Assembly: GCA_029246845.1 (NCBI GenBank)
Contig: JAQWMJ010000040.1
Location: 46,094 to 110,093, forward strand
DNA: 64,000 nt
Reading direction: 5' to 3'
Source of the DNA: Thermodesulfobacteriota bacterium
GTDB lineage: Bacteria; Desulfobacterota_D; UBA1144
Shown one piece after another: positions 50,810-59,964 of the stretch. The notes beneath the pieces were generated by a model that did no database searches, was not told where the DNA came from, and worked only from the letters and a program-made list of their open reading frames with translations. Every line of letters starts with the position of its first letter. The first letter of the stretch is position 1. A program made the position numbers and the translations under genes.

Positions 50810-52021
50810 TTAACTATTCTCTACAACTCTAAGATCATTCTCATAAACTTTTAAATAGTCATACTGCGTAGATCTCTCAACTGGCCTACGATTAATTTCG
50901 AATGTAAGTCTTCTAAACTCATCAGGAGGGAAATACTGCCCAAACTTACCACCAGCGGCTGTGGTTATCTTTTCTTCCATTAAAGTTCCACCAAAATCAT
51001 TGGCCCCAGCATTGAGACAATATTGAGCAAACTCTGGACCTTGTTTAACCCAGGAAACCTGGATATTATTGATCCATCCTCTAAAGAATAGCCTGGAAAT
51101 TGCATACATTTTTAATTGATCTAAATCCGTAGGACCTTCTCTTGATAAACCCTTTTTATAAAGTCTTGTATCCCAAGGTATAAATCTTAAAGGGACAAAC
51201 TCTGTTATACCACCAGTTTCCTTCTGTATTTCTCTAAGAATATTAAAATGCTTTGCCCAATGAAAAGGTTTGTCTACATGTCCGTACATAATTGTGGAAG
51301 TAGTATTCATTCCAGCCTTATGAATTTCTTTAATTGTATGAACCCACTGATCCGTTGTAATTTTTCCTGGTGCAATTATTTGCCTTACATCCTCACTTAG
51401 TATCTCGGCAGCTGTTCCAGGAAAAGTTCCATGACCAATATCTTTTAGCTGAGAAACAAAATCACCTATTGGGATATTGAGTGTTTCAGCACCATAGTGG
51501 ACTTCGAAGGGAGAAAAGCAATGAGTATGCATGTCGGGAACGGCATCTTTAACAGACTTTATTATTTCAAGGTAAAAGTTTCCGTCAATGTCTGGGTGCA
51601 TCCCACCTTGCATGCAAACTTCTGTAGCTCCATTGTCTCTAGCTTCACGAACTTTATCTTTAATCTCATCCATGGTAAGAAAATAGGCCCTTTCGTCACC
51701 TTCGGCAGCCATAAAATTACAGAACCCACAATAGGTGTTGCATATATTAGTGAAGTTAATATTTCTATTCACCACATAAGTAACGTCGTCACCTACATCT
51801 TCTTTTCTAATTTTATCAGCTAGCACAACTAGTAAGGATAAATCATTGACATCTTCAATTAGGAAAAGTTCTTCTGCTTCTTTCTCAGAAATTTCTTTTT
51901 TATTAATAGATTTATTTAAAATAGAAACAATTTTTTTGGAGCCAATAGACAAAAGGTAGTCTAAACCTTTTTGTCTATTGTTTTCAATATCATCTATAAT
52001 TTTTTTTAATCCGTCATCCAT
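50810..52021 (-). CDS. cofH: FO synthase subunit 2 (radical SAM)
   Basis: [15 protein letters not shown]...[35 protein letters not shown]; adjacent to cofG. Confidence 0.9.
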   Translation of the reverse strand: MDDGLKKIIDDIENNRQKGLDYLLSIGSKKIVSILNKSINKKEISEKEAEELFLIEDVNDLSLLVVLADKIRKEDVGDDVTYVVNRNINFTNICNTYCGFCNFMAAEGDERAYFLTMDEIKDKVREARDNGATEVCMQGGMHPDIDGNFYLEIIKSVKDAVPDMHTHCFSPFEVHYGAETLNIPIGDFVSQLKDIGHGTFPGTAAEILSEDVRQIIAPGKITTDQWVHTIKEIHKAGMNTTSTIMYGHVDKPFHWAKHFNILREIQKETGGITEFVPLRFIPWDTRLYKKGLSREGPTDLDQLKMYAISRLFFRGWINNIQVSWVKQGPEFAQYCLNAGANDFGGTLMEEKITTAAGGKFGQYFPPDEFRRLTFEINRRPVERSTQYDYLKVYENDLRVVENS

Positions 52022-52030
52022 ATCTAATCT

Positions 52031-53290
52031 CTAACTCTCTTTAATATATCCTGTTTCATCAACAAACTTTAATGCTTTATTGTAAATGTTATCAGTCAAA
52101 AATCTTTTATCCAAATACTCTGGATAGACTGGCAGTCTCTCTCTAAGGGCAAATCCGAATTCTGATATATTTTTTTTCATTATATCTAGTTGTGGCCAAG
52201 GGCTTTCGGGGTTTACGTAATCTATTGTAAGAGGCGAAACACCCCCTAAATCATTGACTCCAGAGAATATGTGCAGAGTATATGTTTTGGCGTTTAAGTT
52301 TGGAGGAACTTGAATATTAACATCCTTACCCATTAAAATCTTAGCTATAGCAACCGTCTTAATCATATCTAAATCTGTTGGTACCGGGCTTCCTTCCATT
52401 TTAATTCCAGGCTTAGGACTAAAGTTTTGTATTATTATTTCTTGTATATGTCTAAACTCATCACTAATTCTTTTTAATTCAAAAATAGAATCAACACGCT
52501 CTTCCCATGTCTCACCTATACCAATTAATATTCCTGAAGTCCAAGGTATATTTAGCTTTCCAGCATCAGATATTGTTTTGATTCTTGCCCTAGGATATTT
52601 ATCAGGACATCTGTAATGGGCTTCGCCAGGTTCCATTAATCTCTCACTTATACTCTCCAACATTAAACCCATACTAGGATTAGAATTCTTAAATCTTTTC
52701 AGCTCTTCAGGTTTTGCTATTCCTAAGTTGGAATGAGGGAAGATACCTTCTTCAAGGCAAAGTTCTGACATCGCAATCATATAATCGGATGTTGAATCAT
52801 AGCCCATCTTGTTTAGCTCTTTTCTATAAACATCATAAACAAGCTCTGGTTTGTCTCCTGAAACAAAAAGCATTTCAGTACATCCAAGCTCAGTTGATTT
52901 TCTAGCTGCCTCTAAAACTTTTTCAGGTGAATAAAGCAATTCACCTTCACCAGGCTCATACTTGAAAGTACAGTAGGAACAATTATCTCTGCATAATTGA
53001 GTAAGAGGGATGAAAAAATTCTTAGAGAAACTAATCAGGTTGCCTTTATATTTATCTCTTAAAAAATTAGAGACAGACATCAGAATAGAAACGTTTTCCA
53101 TATTTATATCTGTTAAGGATAAAATGTCATTTCTAGTCATATCCACTTCATTTAAAGCTTTCTCTAAGGAAGTCCGTATATCGGGAGTTAATTTCTCAAC
53201 ATCACTTACAGGAATATCGTGGGCTTTTAAAATCTCAGCTGAACTGTGAGAATTTAAGAAAATTTTATGAGCTTCATTTAAAGATATCAT
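52031..53290 (-). CDS. cofG: FO synthase subunit 1 (radical SAM)
   Basis: FIPLT.LCRD.C.YCTF, SMGLMLES, PDK.P..R, IQEIIIQNF, QVPPNL, DLGGVSPLTIDYVNPE.PWP. Confidence 0.93.
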   Translation of the reverse strand: MISLNEAHKIFLNSHSSAEILKAHDIPVSDVEKLTPDIRTSLEKALNEVDMTRNDILSLTDINMENVSILMSVSNFLRDKYKGNLISFSKNFFIPLTQLCRDNCSYCTFKYEPGEGELLYSPEKVLEAARKSTELGCTEMLFVSGDKPELVYDVYRKELNKMGYDSTSDYMIAMSELCLEEGIFPHSNLGIAKPEELKRFKNSNPSMGLMLESISERLMEPGEAHYRCPDKYPRARIKTISDAGKLNIPWTSGILIGIGETWEERVDSIFELKRISDEFRHIQEIIIQNFSPKPGIKMEGSPVPTDLDMIKTVAIAKILMGKDVNIQVPPNLNAKTYTLHIFSGVNDLGGVSPLTIDYVNPESPWPQLDIMKKNISEFGFALRERLPVYPEYLDKRFLTDNIYNKALKFVDETGYIKES

Positions 53291-54020
53291 TTTTGTCGCT
53301 TCTCAAAAGAACACTTGAATTCATATTTGAATTAGAATAATTATACCCTTTTATCAAAACAACAGGAACACCTATATCTTTTTCCATTAAAATACCGGCT
53401 GCAGAAGCTATTTCGTCAACTATTGGTATATCTGTGTCATGCAAGGGATTTTTAAATATATCTTTCTTATATTTCTTAATTGGTAAAATTCCATAGCTTC
53501 CAATAGATATTTGGGTTAAACCATATCTCCAAGGTCTACCAATCGAGTCTGAGATTATAATTGCAATATCTTTTTTAGTTTCCTTATGAATTGCCTTGGA
53601 GATCCTTCTAGCAGATGCATTTGGATTTAATGGTAAAAGGACCGCAGCATCTTTTTCGTCAATATTTGACTGATCTATTCCTGCGTTGGCTGTTATAACA
53701 CCTAGTTTATTTTCAGTAATAATAACACCCTTCTTACTTTTGATTACTCTTTTGGAATTATCCAAAATTAATTGGCATATTTCTTTTGATTTCCCAGTTT
53801 TCTGACTTAACAAGACAGCTTTCTTGCTTACCTTTTGGGAGCTTAAACTGACAAACCTATTCTCTGAAATAGAAATAATTTTATGCGCTATGACAATTAA
53901 GTCATTTCCACTCAGAGTAATCTTCTTTCTTCTAAGTGCCCTTATTATCAATGAAGGGATATTGTCTCCGGGTTTAATCCTTGGAATTCCTTCTAAGGGA
54001 ATCAATTCAACTTTTTTCAT
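53274..54020 (-). CDS. cofE: Coenzyme F420-0:L-glutamate ligase (single domain, no nitroreductase fusion)
   Basis: IP.IKPGD, KIIS.SE.R, ANAGIDQSN, LLP..PN.SA, ISDS.GRPWR.G, DEIASAA..LM. Confidence 0.93.
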   Translation of the reverse strand: MKKVELIPLEGIPRIKPGDNIPSLIIRALRRKKITLSGNDLIVIAHKIISISENRFVSLSSQKVSKKAVLLSQKTGKSKEICQLILDNSKRVIKSKKGVIITENKLGVITANAGIDQSNIDEKDAAVLLPLNPNASARRISKAIHKETKKDIAIIISDSIGRPWRYGLTQISIGSYGILPIKKYKKDIFKNPLHDTDIPIVDEIASAAGILMEKDIGVPVVLIKGYNYSNSNMNSSVLLRSDKNDIFK

Positions 54021-54940
54021 TTACCATCTAACTCCAATATTGATTTGGCCATGTTTATGGAAACAGTTTTTTTAACCATTCGAATATCTTTAAAAATTGG
54101 AACAAGACCAAGCGACCTAATTTTATTCTCATATTTCTTATCTTCATTATCAATCATCAAATAATCAACTAAATCTTTATAAAAAGATGCCACTCCAAGG
54201 ACTGACGCTGACAGGCTCTTGGCTTTCATGAAATTTAGTACCGGTCCTTTGAAGGCTTTGTCACCAACAATGGGACTGATTGCCACTTTTATTGCCCTAG
54301 ATTCTTTAACAGCTTTTCTAATACCGGGTACAGATAAAATTGGCCCGATACTTATAATTGGGTTACTTGGACAAAAAATTATAAACTTTGACCTCTTTAT
54401 TTTTTCAAGAATTCCCTTTGATGGATTAGATTTTTTAATATTTTTAAAAGTTACCTTCTCTATTTTTGACTTCATTTTATATTTTATTAAATATTCTTGA
54501 AAATGTATCTTCTTTCTTCTTGTGGTTATAAAAGTCTCTACTTCTTCATTACACATGGGAAATATATTTGCATTTTTAATTTTAAGTTTTTTTCTTTGCT
54601 TCTCTACTACTTCTTGTAAAGTAAGGCCCTTGCTAATCAACAGCTTCTTTTTTAAGTTCTCAGCTAAATCTAAATCACCAAGATTAAACCACGAGTCATT
54701 GCTGTTCCTTTTATTTAAATGATTAAAAGTATCCCCTTTAATTCCCCATCCTTTTTTCCTGTCAACCTTTCCAGATAGCCAATAAAGAATTGAATCAATA
54801 TCAGGGCTCACCCGAACGTCGTAGATATCTATGTCATCGGCTGTATTGACAATAATATTTAATTCTTTTAAATAATTTTGAGAATATAATCCTTCAAGAA
54901 ATTTACCTGCTCCTACGCCTCCGCCAAAAGTAGTTATCAT
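54017..54940 (-). CDS. cofD: 2-phospho-L-lactate/PEP transferase (F420-0 synthesis)
   Basis: GGGVG.GKF, IVNTADD, VSPDID, WF.LGD.D, HFQEY, PSNP.ISIGPIL, VAISPIVG. Confidence 0.93.
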   Translation of the reverse strand: MITTFGGGVGAGKFLEGLYSQNYLKELNIIVNTADDIDIYDVRVSPDIDSILYWLSGKVDRKKGWGIKGDTFNHLNKRNSNDSWFNLGDLDLAENLKKKLLISKGLTLQEVVEKQRKKLKIKNANIFPMCNEEVETFITTRRKKIHFQEYLIKYKMKSKIEKVTFKNIKKSNPSKGILEKIKRSKFIIFCPSNPIISIGPILSVPGIRKAVKESRAIKVAISPIVGDKAFKGPVLNFMKAKSLSASVLGVASFYKDLVDYLMIDNEDKKYENKIRSLGLVPIFKDIRMVKKTVSINMAKSILELDGK

Positions 54941-54962
54941 ATATTAAATAATACAAAGAAAT

Positions 54963-54991
54963 TTGACTTTTAATACTTAATTTTATATCTT
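54963..54991 (+). promoter_or_regulatory. Sigma-70 promoter for the riboswitch-btuB transcript
   Basis: TTGACT-17 nt-TATCTT, ending about 6 nt before riboswitch P1. Confidence 0.6.
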
Positions 54992-54996
54992 ATCAC

Positions 54997-55146
54997 AATT
55001 GGTGTTTGCGAAAGCTTAAAAGGGAAGTTGGTGTAAGTCCAACACAGACCCGCTGCTGTAATAAGTTAACACTTTTAGTTAAACAGCCACTGTTTTAAAA
55101 ATGGGAAGGCAACTAAAAGAACTTTAAGTCAGAAGACCTGCCAATT
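54997..55146 (+). ncRNA. Cobalamin riboswitch
   Basis: P1 aattgg/ccaatt, AAAAGGGAA, GGTGTAAGTCC T-loop, CCCGC.GCTGT, GCCACTG...GGGAAGG, B12 box AGTCAGAAGACCTGCC; upstream of a TonB receptor. Confidence 0.95.
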
Positions 55147-55232
55147 AATTTTTTTATTTTTCTTCGAGGTCAAAGGAAAGATAGGCTAAAACCTAATTTT
55201 TTTAAATCAAACTTGAAGGAAAGGAGTTAATT

Positions 55233-57257
55233 ATAAAAATCTCTTTTCTATTTATTTTTTTAATTTTTAGTTTTGTTGCTGAAGCTAAAAATCAGGATAT
55301 CTCTAGTTCAAACAAAGAACTTTCTTCCTCAAATGACGCAACATCAAAACTAACATTTTCTAACCCCAAAATTTCTAATTCTGATATCTTATTCTCACAA
55401 TTCGGTGGTTCAGCAACTGTAATAACAGAGAATGATATTAAAAAATCTGGAGCAAGTGATGTTCAAGAGTTGCTTAGAAAGATTCCAGGTCTTTCTGTTA
55501 AGCAATCCGGTGGTAGAGGAGGAGTAGTAAGTATCTTTTCCAGAGGAAGTGAGAGTGATCACAATTTAGTAATCGTAGATGGAGTGAAAGTTAATGAGAT
55601 CGGTGGTTACTATGATTTTTCAAGACTAAGCGTTAACAACATAGAGCAAATAGAAATTCTAAGAGGGCCACAAGCAGCTCTTTATGGTCCAGGTGCAATG
55701 GGATCTGTAATAAGCATTAAGACTAAAAAGTACAGTCAAAAAAATGTAATTACTTTTAGTACAGCTTTTGGAATTGGAGAGTCACCTTCCAGGGGATTAC
55801 AGAGCAATGGTAATACATACTTTATAAATGAAGAGGCTATTAATATTTCCGGCCCTATTTCAATTAATAAAAACAATGACTATCTTAGGTTCGGATATTC
55901 AGTTGGTTTTAGAAGGATTGACGATAATGGACACATGCTTAAGAACAACAATCATGATAAAGCTAATTTAGGTGCTGGTTTAAGTTTATTTACATCTGAT
56001 GATAAATTAAAAGTTCAAGCCAGTTTTGGCAAGAAAAAAAACAGATATCGTTATCCAACGGATAGTTCAGGCAATACCGAGGGGACGCCTTTCTTGAATA
56101 CCCAAAAAGATAGAAGGCATATCACAACTCGTTCAATAAATTTAGAGTATAAAATTTTAGAGCCGCTAACAGTTGGAACCACATATAAGTACTGGTACAT
56201 GCACAAGTGGGTTGAATCTGGTTACCAGGCATGGAATGGCTTAGAAACTAACAGTGATACAAACTTTTGGGAAAAAAGAGAAGGGTTTGATTATTATGCC
56301 AGGCATACAAAAGATTTTAATACTTTCACAATTGATAGCTTAGTTGGCTATGACACTATTACAGAAAGCAGTGACTATAATACTTTTGGTGGCACCTACT
56401 ATGCACATGATGACAAGATAAATCAGTATTATGGAAATATAAATTTTCAATTACCACATGAAATATCAATTAATCCTGGCTTAAGAAAGATTCACCATGA
56501 AACTCATGGGGGATATACGTTGCCTTCTATATTCTTGTCAAAGAATTTTTTAGAAACTTCTACAAGAGTTAGAGGTGGTTTCAGTAAAGGGGTCAAATAC
56601 CCTAATACTTATGAATCTTATAGTCAAAGCTATATGCTTAGACCAGAGAGACAAAAGTCTTATGAGTTCGGTTTTGATCAAAATATGAGGAAAGATATTG
56701 TAGTAAGTGCTACTTATTTCGATACAAAAATATATGACCTAATAACTTATACAAGTTGGGTACCTGGATCTCAATCTGGAGCAGAATATAAAAATATTCA
56801 AGAAGCCTCTAGTAACGGATTAGAATTATCTACCCTAATAAACCTTCCAAGCAATATAAGAACTAAAATATGGTTCACGCATCTTAAGACTACTGTTGAT
56901 AAAAATGGAAACTTTGGTGGTGATGCAAACTGGCCTGATGGTAGGGATTTACTAAGAAGGCCTAGAAAAAGCGGTGGTTTCACGATTAGCAAATCAAGTG
57001 AGTCTTATAATATTTCCCTGGATGGTTCATATACAGGCGGAAGGTGGGATTATCAATCATCAAATATCCGACTGTGGAATAAGCCTTTTTGGAATTTTGA
57101 CTTTTATGCAGAACATGATCTAAATTCGTATAATCTTCATTATAACTTAAGACCATTCATTAAAATCAATAATCTGTTTAACGATGAAAAGCAAGAAATG
57201 CTAAATTTTGAATCACCAGGAAGAACTACTCTAATAGGAATAAAGGGTGATATATAA
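55233..57257 (+). CDS. TonB-dependent receptor, BtuB-like (cobalamin uptake); probable ATA start at 55233
   Basis: Plug motifs LRKIPGL, RG.ESDH.LV.VDGV, IEQIEILRGPQ.ALYG; C-terminal NNLFN...PGR; the frame extends 79 codons upstream of the tracked TTG and contains a signal peptide; riboswitch upstream. Confidence 0.9.
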   Translation: MKISFLFIFLIFSFVAEAKNQDISSSNKELSSSNDATSKLTFSNPKISNSDILFSQFGGSATVITENDIKKSGASDVQELLRKIPGLSVKQSGGRGGVVSIFSRGSESDHNLVIVDGVKVNEIGGYYDFSRLSVNNIEQIEILRGPQAALYGPGAMGSVISIKTKKYSQKNVITFSTAFGIGESPSRGLQSNGNTYFINEEAINISGPISINKNNDYLRFGYSVGFRRIDDNGHMLKNNNHDKANLGAGLSLFTSDDKLKVQASFGKKKNRYRYPTDSSGNTEGTPFLNTQKDRRHITTRSINLEYKILEPLTVGTTYKYWYMHKWVESGYQAWNGLETNSDTNFWEKREGFDYYARHTKDFNTFTIDSLVGYDTITESSDYNTFGGTYYAHDDKINQYYGNINFQLPHEISINPGLRKIHHETHGGYTLPSIFLSKNFLETSTRVRGGFSKGVKYPNTYESYSQSYMLRPERQKSYEFGFDQNMRKDIVVSATYFDTKIYDLITYTSWVPGSQSGAEYKNIQEASSNGLELSTLINLPSNIRTKIWFTHLKTTVDKNGNFGGDANWPDGRDLLRRPRKSGGFTISKSSESYNISLDGSYTGGRWDYQSSNIRLWNKPFWNFDFYAEHDLNSYNLHYNLRPFIKINNLFNDEKQEMLNFESPGRTTLIGIKGDI

Positions 57258-57312
57258 AAAAGTTCTTTCAATAATTTTGATGAAATGCTAAAAAACATTA
57301 CTATATATAATT

Positions 57313-58257
57313 ATGAAAATAATTTCCCTTATACCAAGTGCAACAGAAATCCTCTGTGCTCTTGGTCTAGAAGACAATATTTATGGTGTTAGCCATGAAT
57401 GTGATTTCCCTGAATCAATAAAAAACAAAAAAGTGGTGTTAAATACAACTGTGGACTTTAAAAAATTTAATAGCTCACAAATAGATGAAGCTATTAATGA
57501 AAGCGTAAGTTCAAATAAGCCTATTTATTTACTTGATATTGAAACAATAAACAAAATAGAGCCTGATTTTATTATTACTCAAGATCTGTGCGAGGCATGT
57601 GCTGTTTCTACTATTCAGATAGAAGAAATATTATCAAAACTCTTAAAAAAACCAGAGATTATAACAACTAGTCCCAAATCAATCGAAGAAATAAACAAAT
57701 CTATACTGTTGATAGCAAAGAAGTTTAATGTCGAGACTAAAGGCATCGAGCTCGTTAATAAAATAAATGGAGAAATAAAAGCTATTTCATCTCTTACAAA
57801 GAATATAATTGATAAGCCTAGGGTCTTTTGTATGGATTGGATGAATCCTATCTATTCCGCGGGTCACTGGGTTCCAGAAATAGTGAATATTGCAGGTGGA
57901 ACAAATATTAAATTAGGGGAAAATCAAGATTCAAAAAAAATTACATTCGTGGAGCTACTAGAATTCGCACCCCATTTTATATTCATAATGCCTTGTGGTT
58001 TTGAAATAGAACGAACTCTAAATGAAATTAATCTTTTACTCGAAAATCCGCAGCTGAATAGAATACCAGCTTTTAACAGTGGACAAGTTTACATAGTGAA
58101 CGCGAACGCATACTTCTCAAAACCCACTTATAGGTTAGTTGAGGGGATTAAAATTATCACTCGAACTATAAATCACAAGAGTTTTAATTACGAACCTGAG
58201 CCAGACGCAATACTAAACCTTCAGAATTATATGCATTTTGAATCTTTCGCTGGCTAA
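57313..58257 (+). CDS. Cobalamin-binding protein (BtuF/helical-backbone family)
   Basis: IISLIPSATEI..ALG, GVSHECDFP, TQDLC..CAV, AGHWVPE, PCGF, YFS.P..RL. Confidence 0.88.
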   Translation: MKIISLIPSATEILCALGLEDNIYGVSHECDFPESIKNKKVVLNTTVDFKKFNSSQIDEAINESVSSNKPIYLLDIETINKIEPDFIITQDLCEACAVSTIQIEEILSKLLKKPEIITTSPKSIEEINKSILLIAKKFNVETKGIELVNKINGEIKAISSLTKNIIDKPRVFCMDWMNPIYSAGHWVPEIVNIAGGTNIKLGENQDSKKITFVELLEFAPHFIFIMPCGFEIERTLNEINLLLENPQLNRIPAFNSGQVYIVNANAYFSKPTYRLVEGIKIITRTINHKSFNYEPEPDAILNLQNYMHFESFAG

Positions 58258-58282
58258 AAGTTAATTTAAAATTAACCTTTAG
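58254..58282. terminator. AT-rich inverted repeat between convergent genes (possible terminator)
   Basis: ctaaaagttaatt / aattaacctttag with one mismatch. Confidence 0.35.
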
Positions 58283-58472
58283 GTGAAGCAAATTCTGATC
58301 CGTCAGTAATGCCTTCGTTAGTAGTGGGTGGCGTACCATCTGTCAAAGAATCTGAAGCAGGTGTCTGAGTCTCACCTGGGGCGCTATCTGCCGCACCTTC
58401 GCTTTCTCCGAAATTTGTAGCCGCAATCCAATAAAGTGCAATAAAGCTTAAAGCTATAGCTAAACCTGTCAT
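58272..58472 (-). CDS. Small membrane-anchored protein with an acidic Thr/Pro/Ser-rich tail
   Basis: Strong SD aaggagg 7 nt before ATG; N-terminal TM helix followed by a low-complexity tail. Confidence 0.65.
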   Translation of the reverse strand: MTGLAIALSFIALYWIAATNFGESEGAADSAPGETQTPASDSLTDGTPPTTNEGITDGSEFASPKG

Positions 58473-58525
58473 GAACACTCCTCCTTGATAACTTAAAGTG
58501 TAAGCCTTAGAATTATACTATAATT

Positions 58526-58990
58526 ATGATTAAGAATTCAACTAAGAATATATCTATAGATATTATCCTTAAGAAATTTAATTTTATTGAAGAAGGGTCG
58601 ATGTTTTTTTTCCACGATAATAATTATCTACTTGCATCATGTATGGAGACACAATCTGTTATAAACTTTGATGATAGCATGGACTTCAAACTTGTCTTCA
58701 ACCCTATAATGCAAGGAGATTTTCCTACTTTAGAGTTAAAAATTGAATTTTATAAAAACAAAGTAAAAGTTGAGACAATATCTAATCTTTTGTCTGTCGA
58801 CAATATTAATGAAGTTGAGGATATCTGTAATTATTTCTCTTCTAATAACTTGCCTTTAATAGTTTTCAGCAAAAAGAATAATTCTTTAAAGATTTTCGAA
58901 CTAAAAAATCAATTCATTGACGAATTAGCAGAGAATCTTAATCATTTCAAAATTGACATTAAAGATATAATAAAAAATACTAACAATTAA
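58526..58990 (+). CDS. Hypothetical protein
   Basis: 154-aa ORF filling the gap before fabH; no recognised motif. Confidence 0.6.
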   Translation: MIKNSTKNISIDIILKKFNFIEEGSMFFFHDNNYLLASCMETQSVINFDDSMDFKLVFNPIMQGDFPTLELKIEFYKNKVKVETISNLLSVDNINEVEDICNYFSSNNLPLIVFSKKNNSLKIFELKNQFIDELAENLNHFKIDIKDIIKNTNN

Positions 58991-58998
58991 AGGATTAG

Positions 58999-59964
58999 GT
59001 GGATAATTTGAGCTTTGCAAAAATCACGGGAACCGGCGTTTATATTCCAGAAAAAATACTTTCAAATAAAGATTTAGAATCTCTAGTTGATACTACAGAT
59101 GAATGGATAAAAGCAAGAACAGGTATTTCAGAAAGGAGGATTCTTGAAAAAGATAAAGCTACTTCAGATATGTGCTATGAGGCTTGCCTTCAAGCGTTGA
59201 AAAACTCTTCTACAGATCCTAATGAAATTGATGGAATTATAGTTGGAACAGTCACACCTGACTACATGACCCCATCAGTTGCATGCCTGCTTCAAGATAG
59301 GCTAAAGACCAGAAAAGTTTTTGCATTTGATGTCTCTGCAGGATGCTCAGGATTCATTTACTGTCTGAATATTGCAAAGGCAATGATTGAAAATGGACAG
59401 GTAAAAAAACTCCTTGTGGCAGGATCAGAAAACTTATCTAAGATTGTTGATTACACTGATAGAGGAACTTGCATACTTTTCGGTGATGGTGCGGGTGCAG
59501 TTGTAATAGAAGCGAGTGAGACGCCAGGAATTATGTCTGTCTGTTTAGGCGCTAGTGGTAAAGAAGCAGAGCTATTATATACACCTGGTGGTGGATCGAA
59601 AGACCCCGATGGTTCACGTTTTCTTGTAATGCACGGAAAAGAAGTCTTTAAAGAAGCGGTCAAAGTAATTCAATCAAACTCGCTAGAAGCTATTGATGCT
59701 GCGGGAATAACACCCAACGAAATAGACTTATTTATACCTCATCAAGCTAATATGCGTATTATTGAAGCAGCTAGAGAAAGGTTAAACCTCCCAATAGAAA
59801 AATGTTTTGTGAATATCGAAAAGTACGGAAATACTTCGTCTGCCTCAGTACTACTGGCGCTACACGAAGCACTTAATGAATCAAAGATTAAGGAAGGGGA
59901 TAATGTCTTATTCTCTGTTTTTGGGGCTGGTTTTGCCTGGGGTTCAGCAGTTATAAAATGGTAA
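58999..59964 (+). CDS. fabH: Beta-ketoacyl-ACP synthase III
   Basis: DTTDEWI..RTGI.ERR, AGCSGF, LFGDGAGA, PHQAN.RI, YGNTSSAS, FGAG..WG. Confidence 0.96.
   Translation: MDNLSFAKITGTGVYIPEKILSNKDLESLVDTTDEWIKARTGISERRILEKDKATSDMCYEACLQALKNSSTDPNEIDGIIVGTVTPDYMTPSVACLLQDRLKTRKVFAFDVSAGCSGFIYCLNIAKAMIENGQVKKLLVAGSENLSKIVDYTDRGTCILFGDGAGAVVIEASETPGIMSVCLGASGKEAELLYTPGGGSKDPDGSRFLVMHGKEVFKEAVKVIQSNSLEAIDAAGITPNEIDLFIPHQANMRIIEAARERLNLPIEKCFVNIEKYGNTSSASVLLALHEALNESKIKEGDNVLFSVFGAGFAWGSAVIKW

Noticed and set aside
50810..52021. MqnC/MqnE (futalosine pathway) instead of CofH
   Set aside because: Directly adjacent to cofG, cofE and cofD, and has CofH-type EVCMQGG and QVSWVK motifs
55233..57257. btuB as a 5'-truncated pseudogene
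   Set aside because: The frame is open through an intact signal peptide, with SD, riboswitch and promoter preserved; a non-canonical start is more parsimonious
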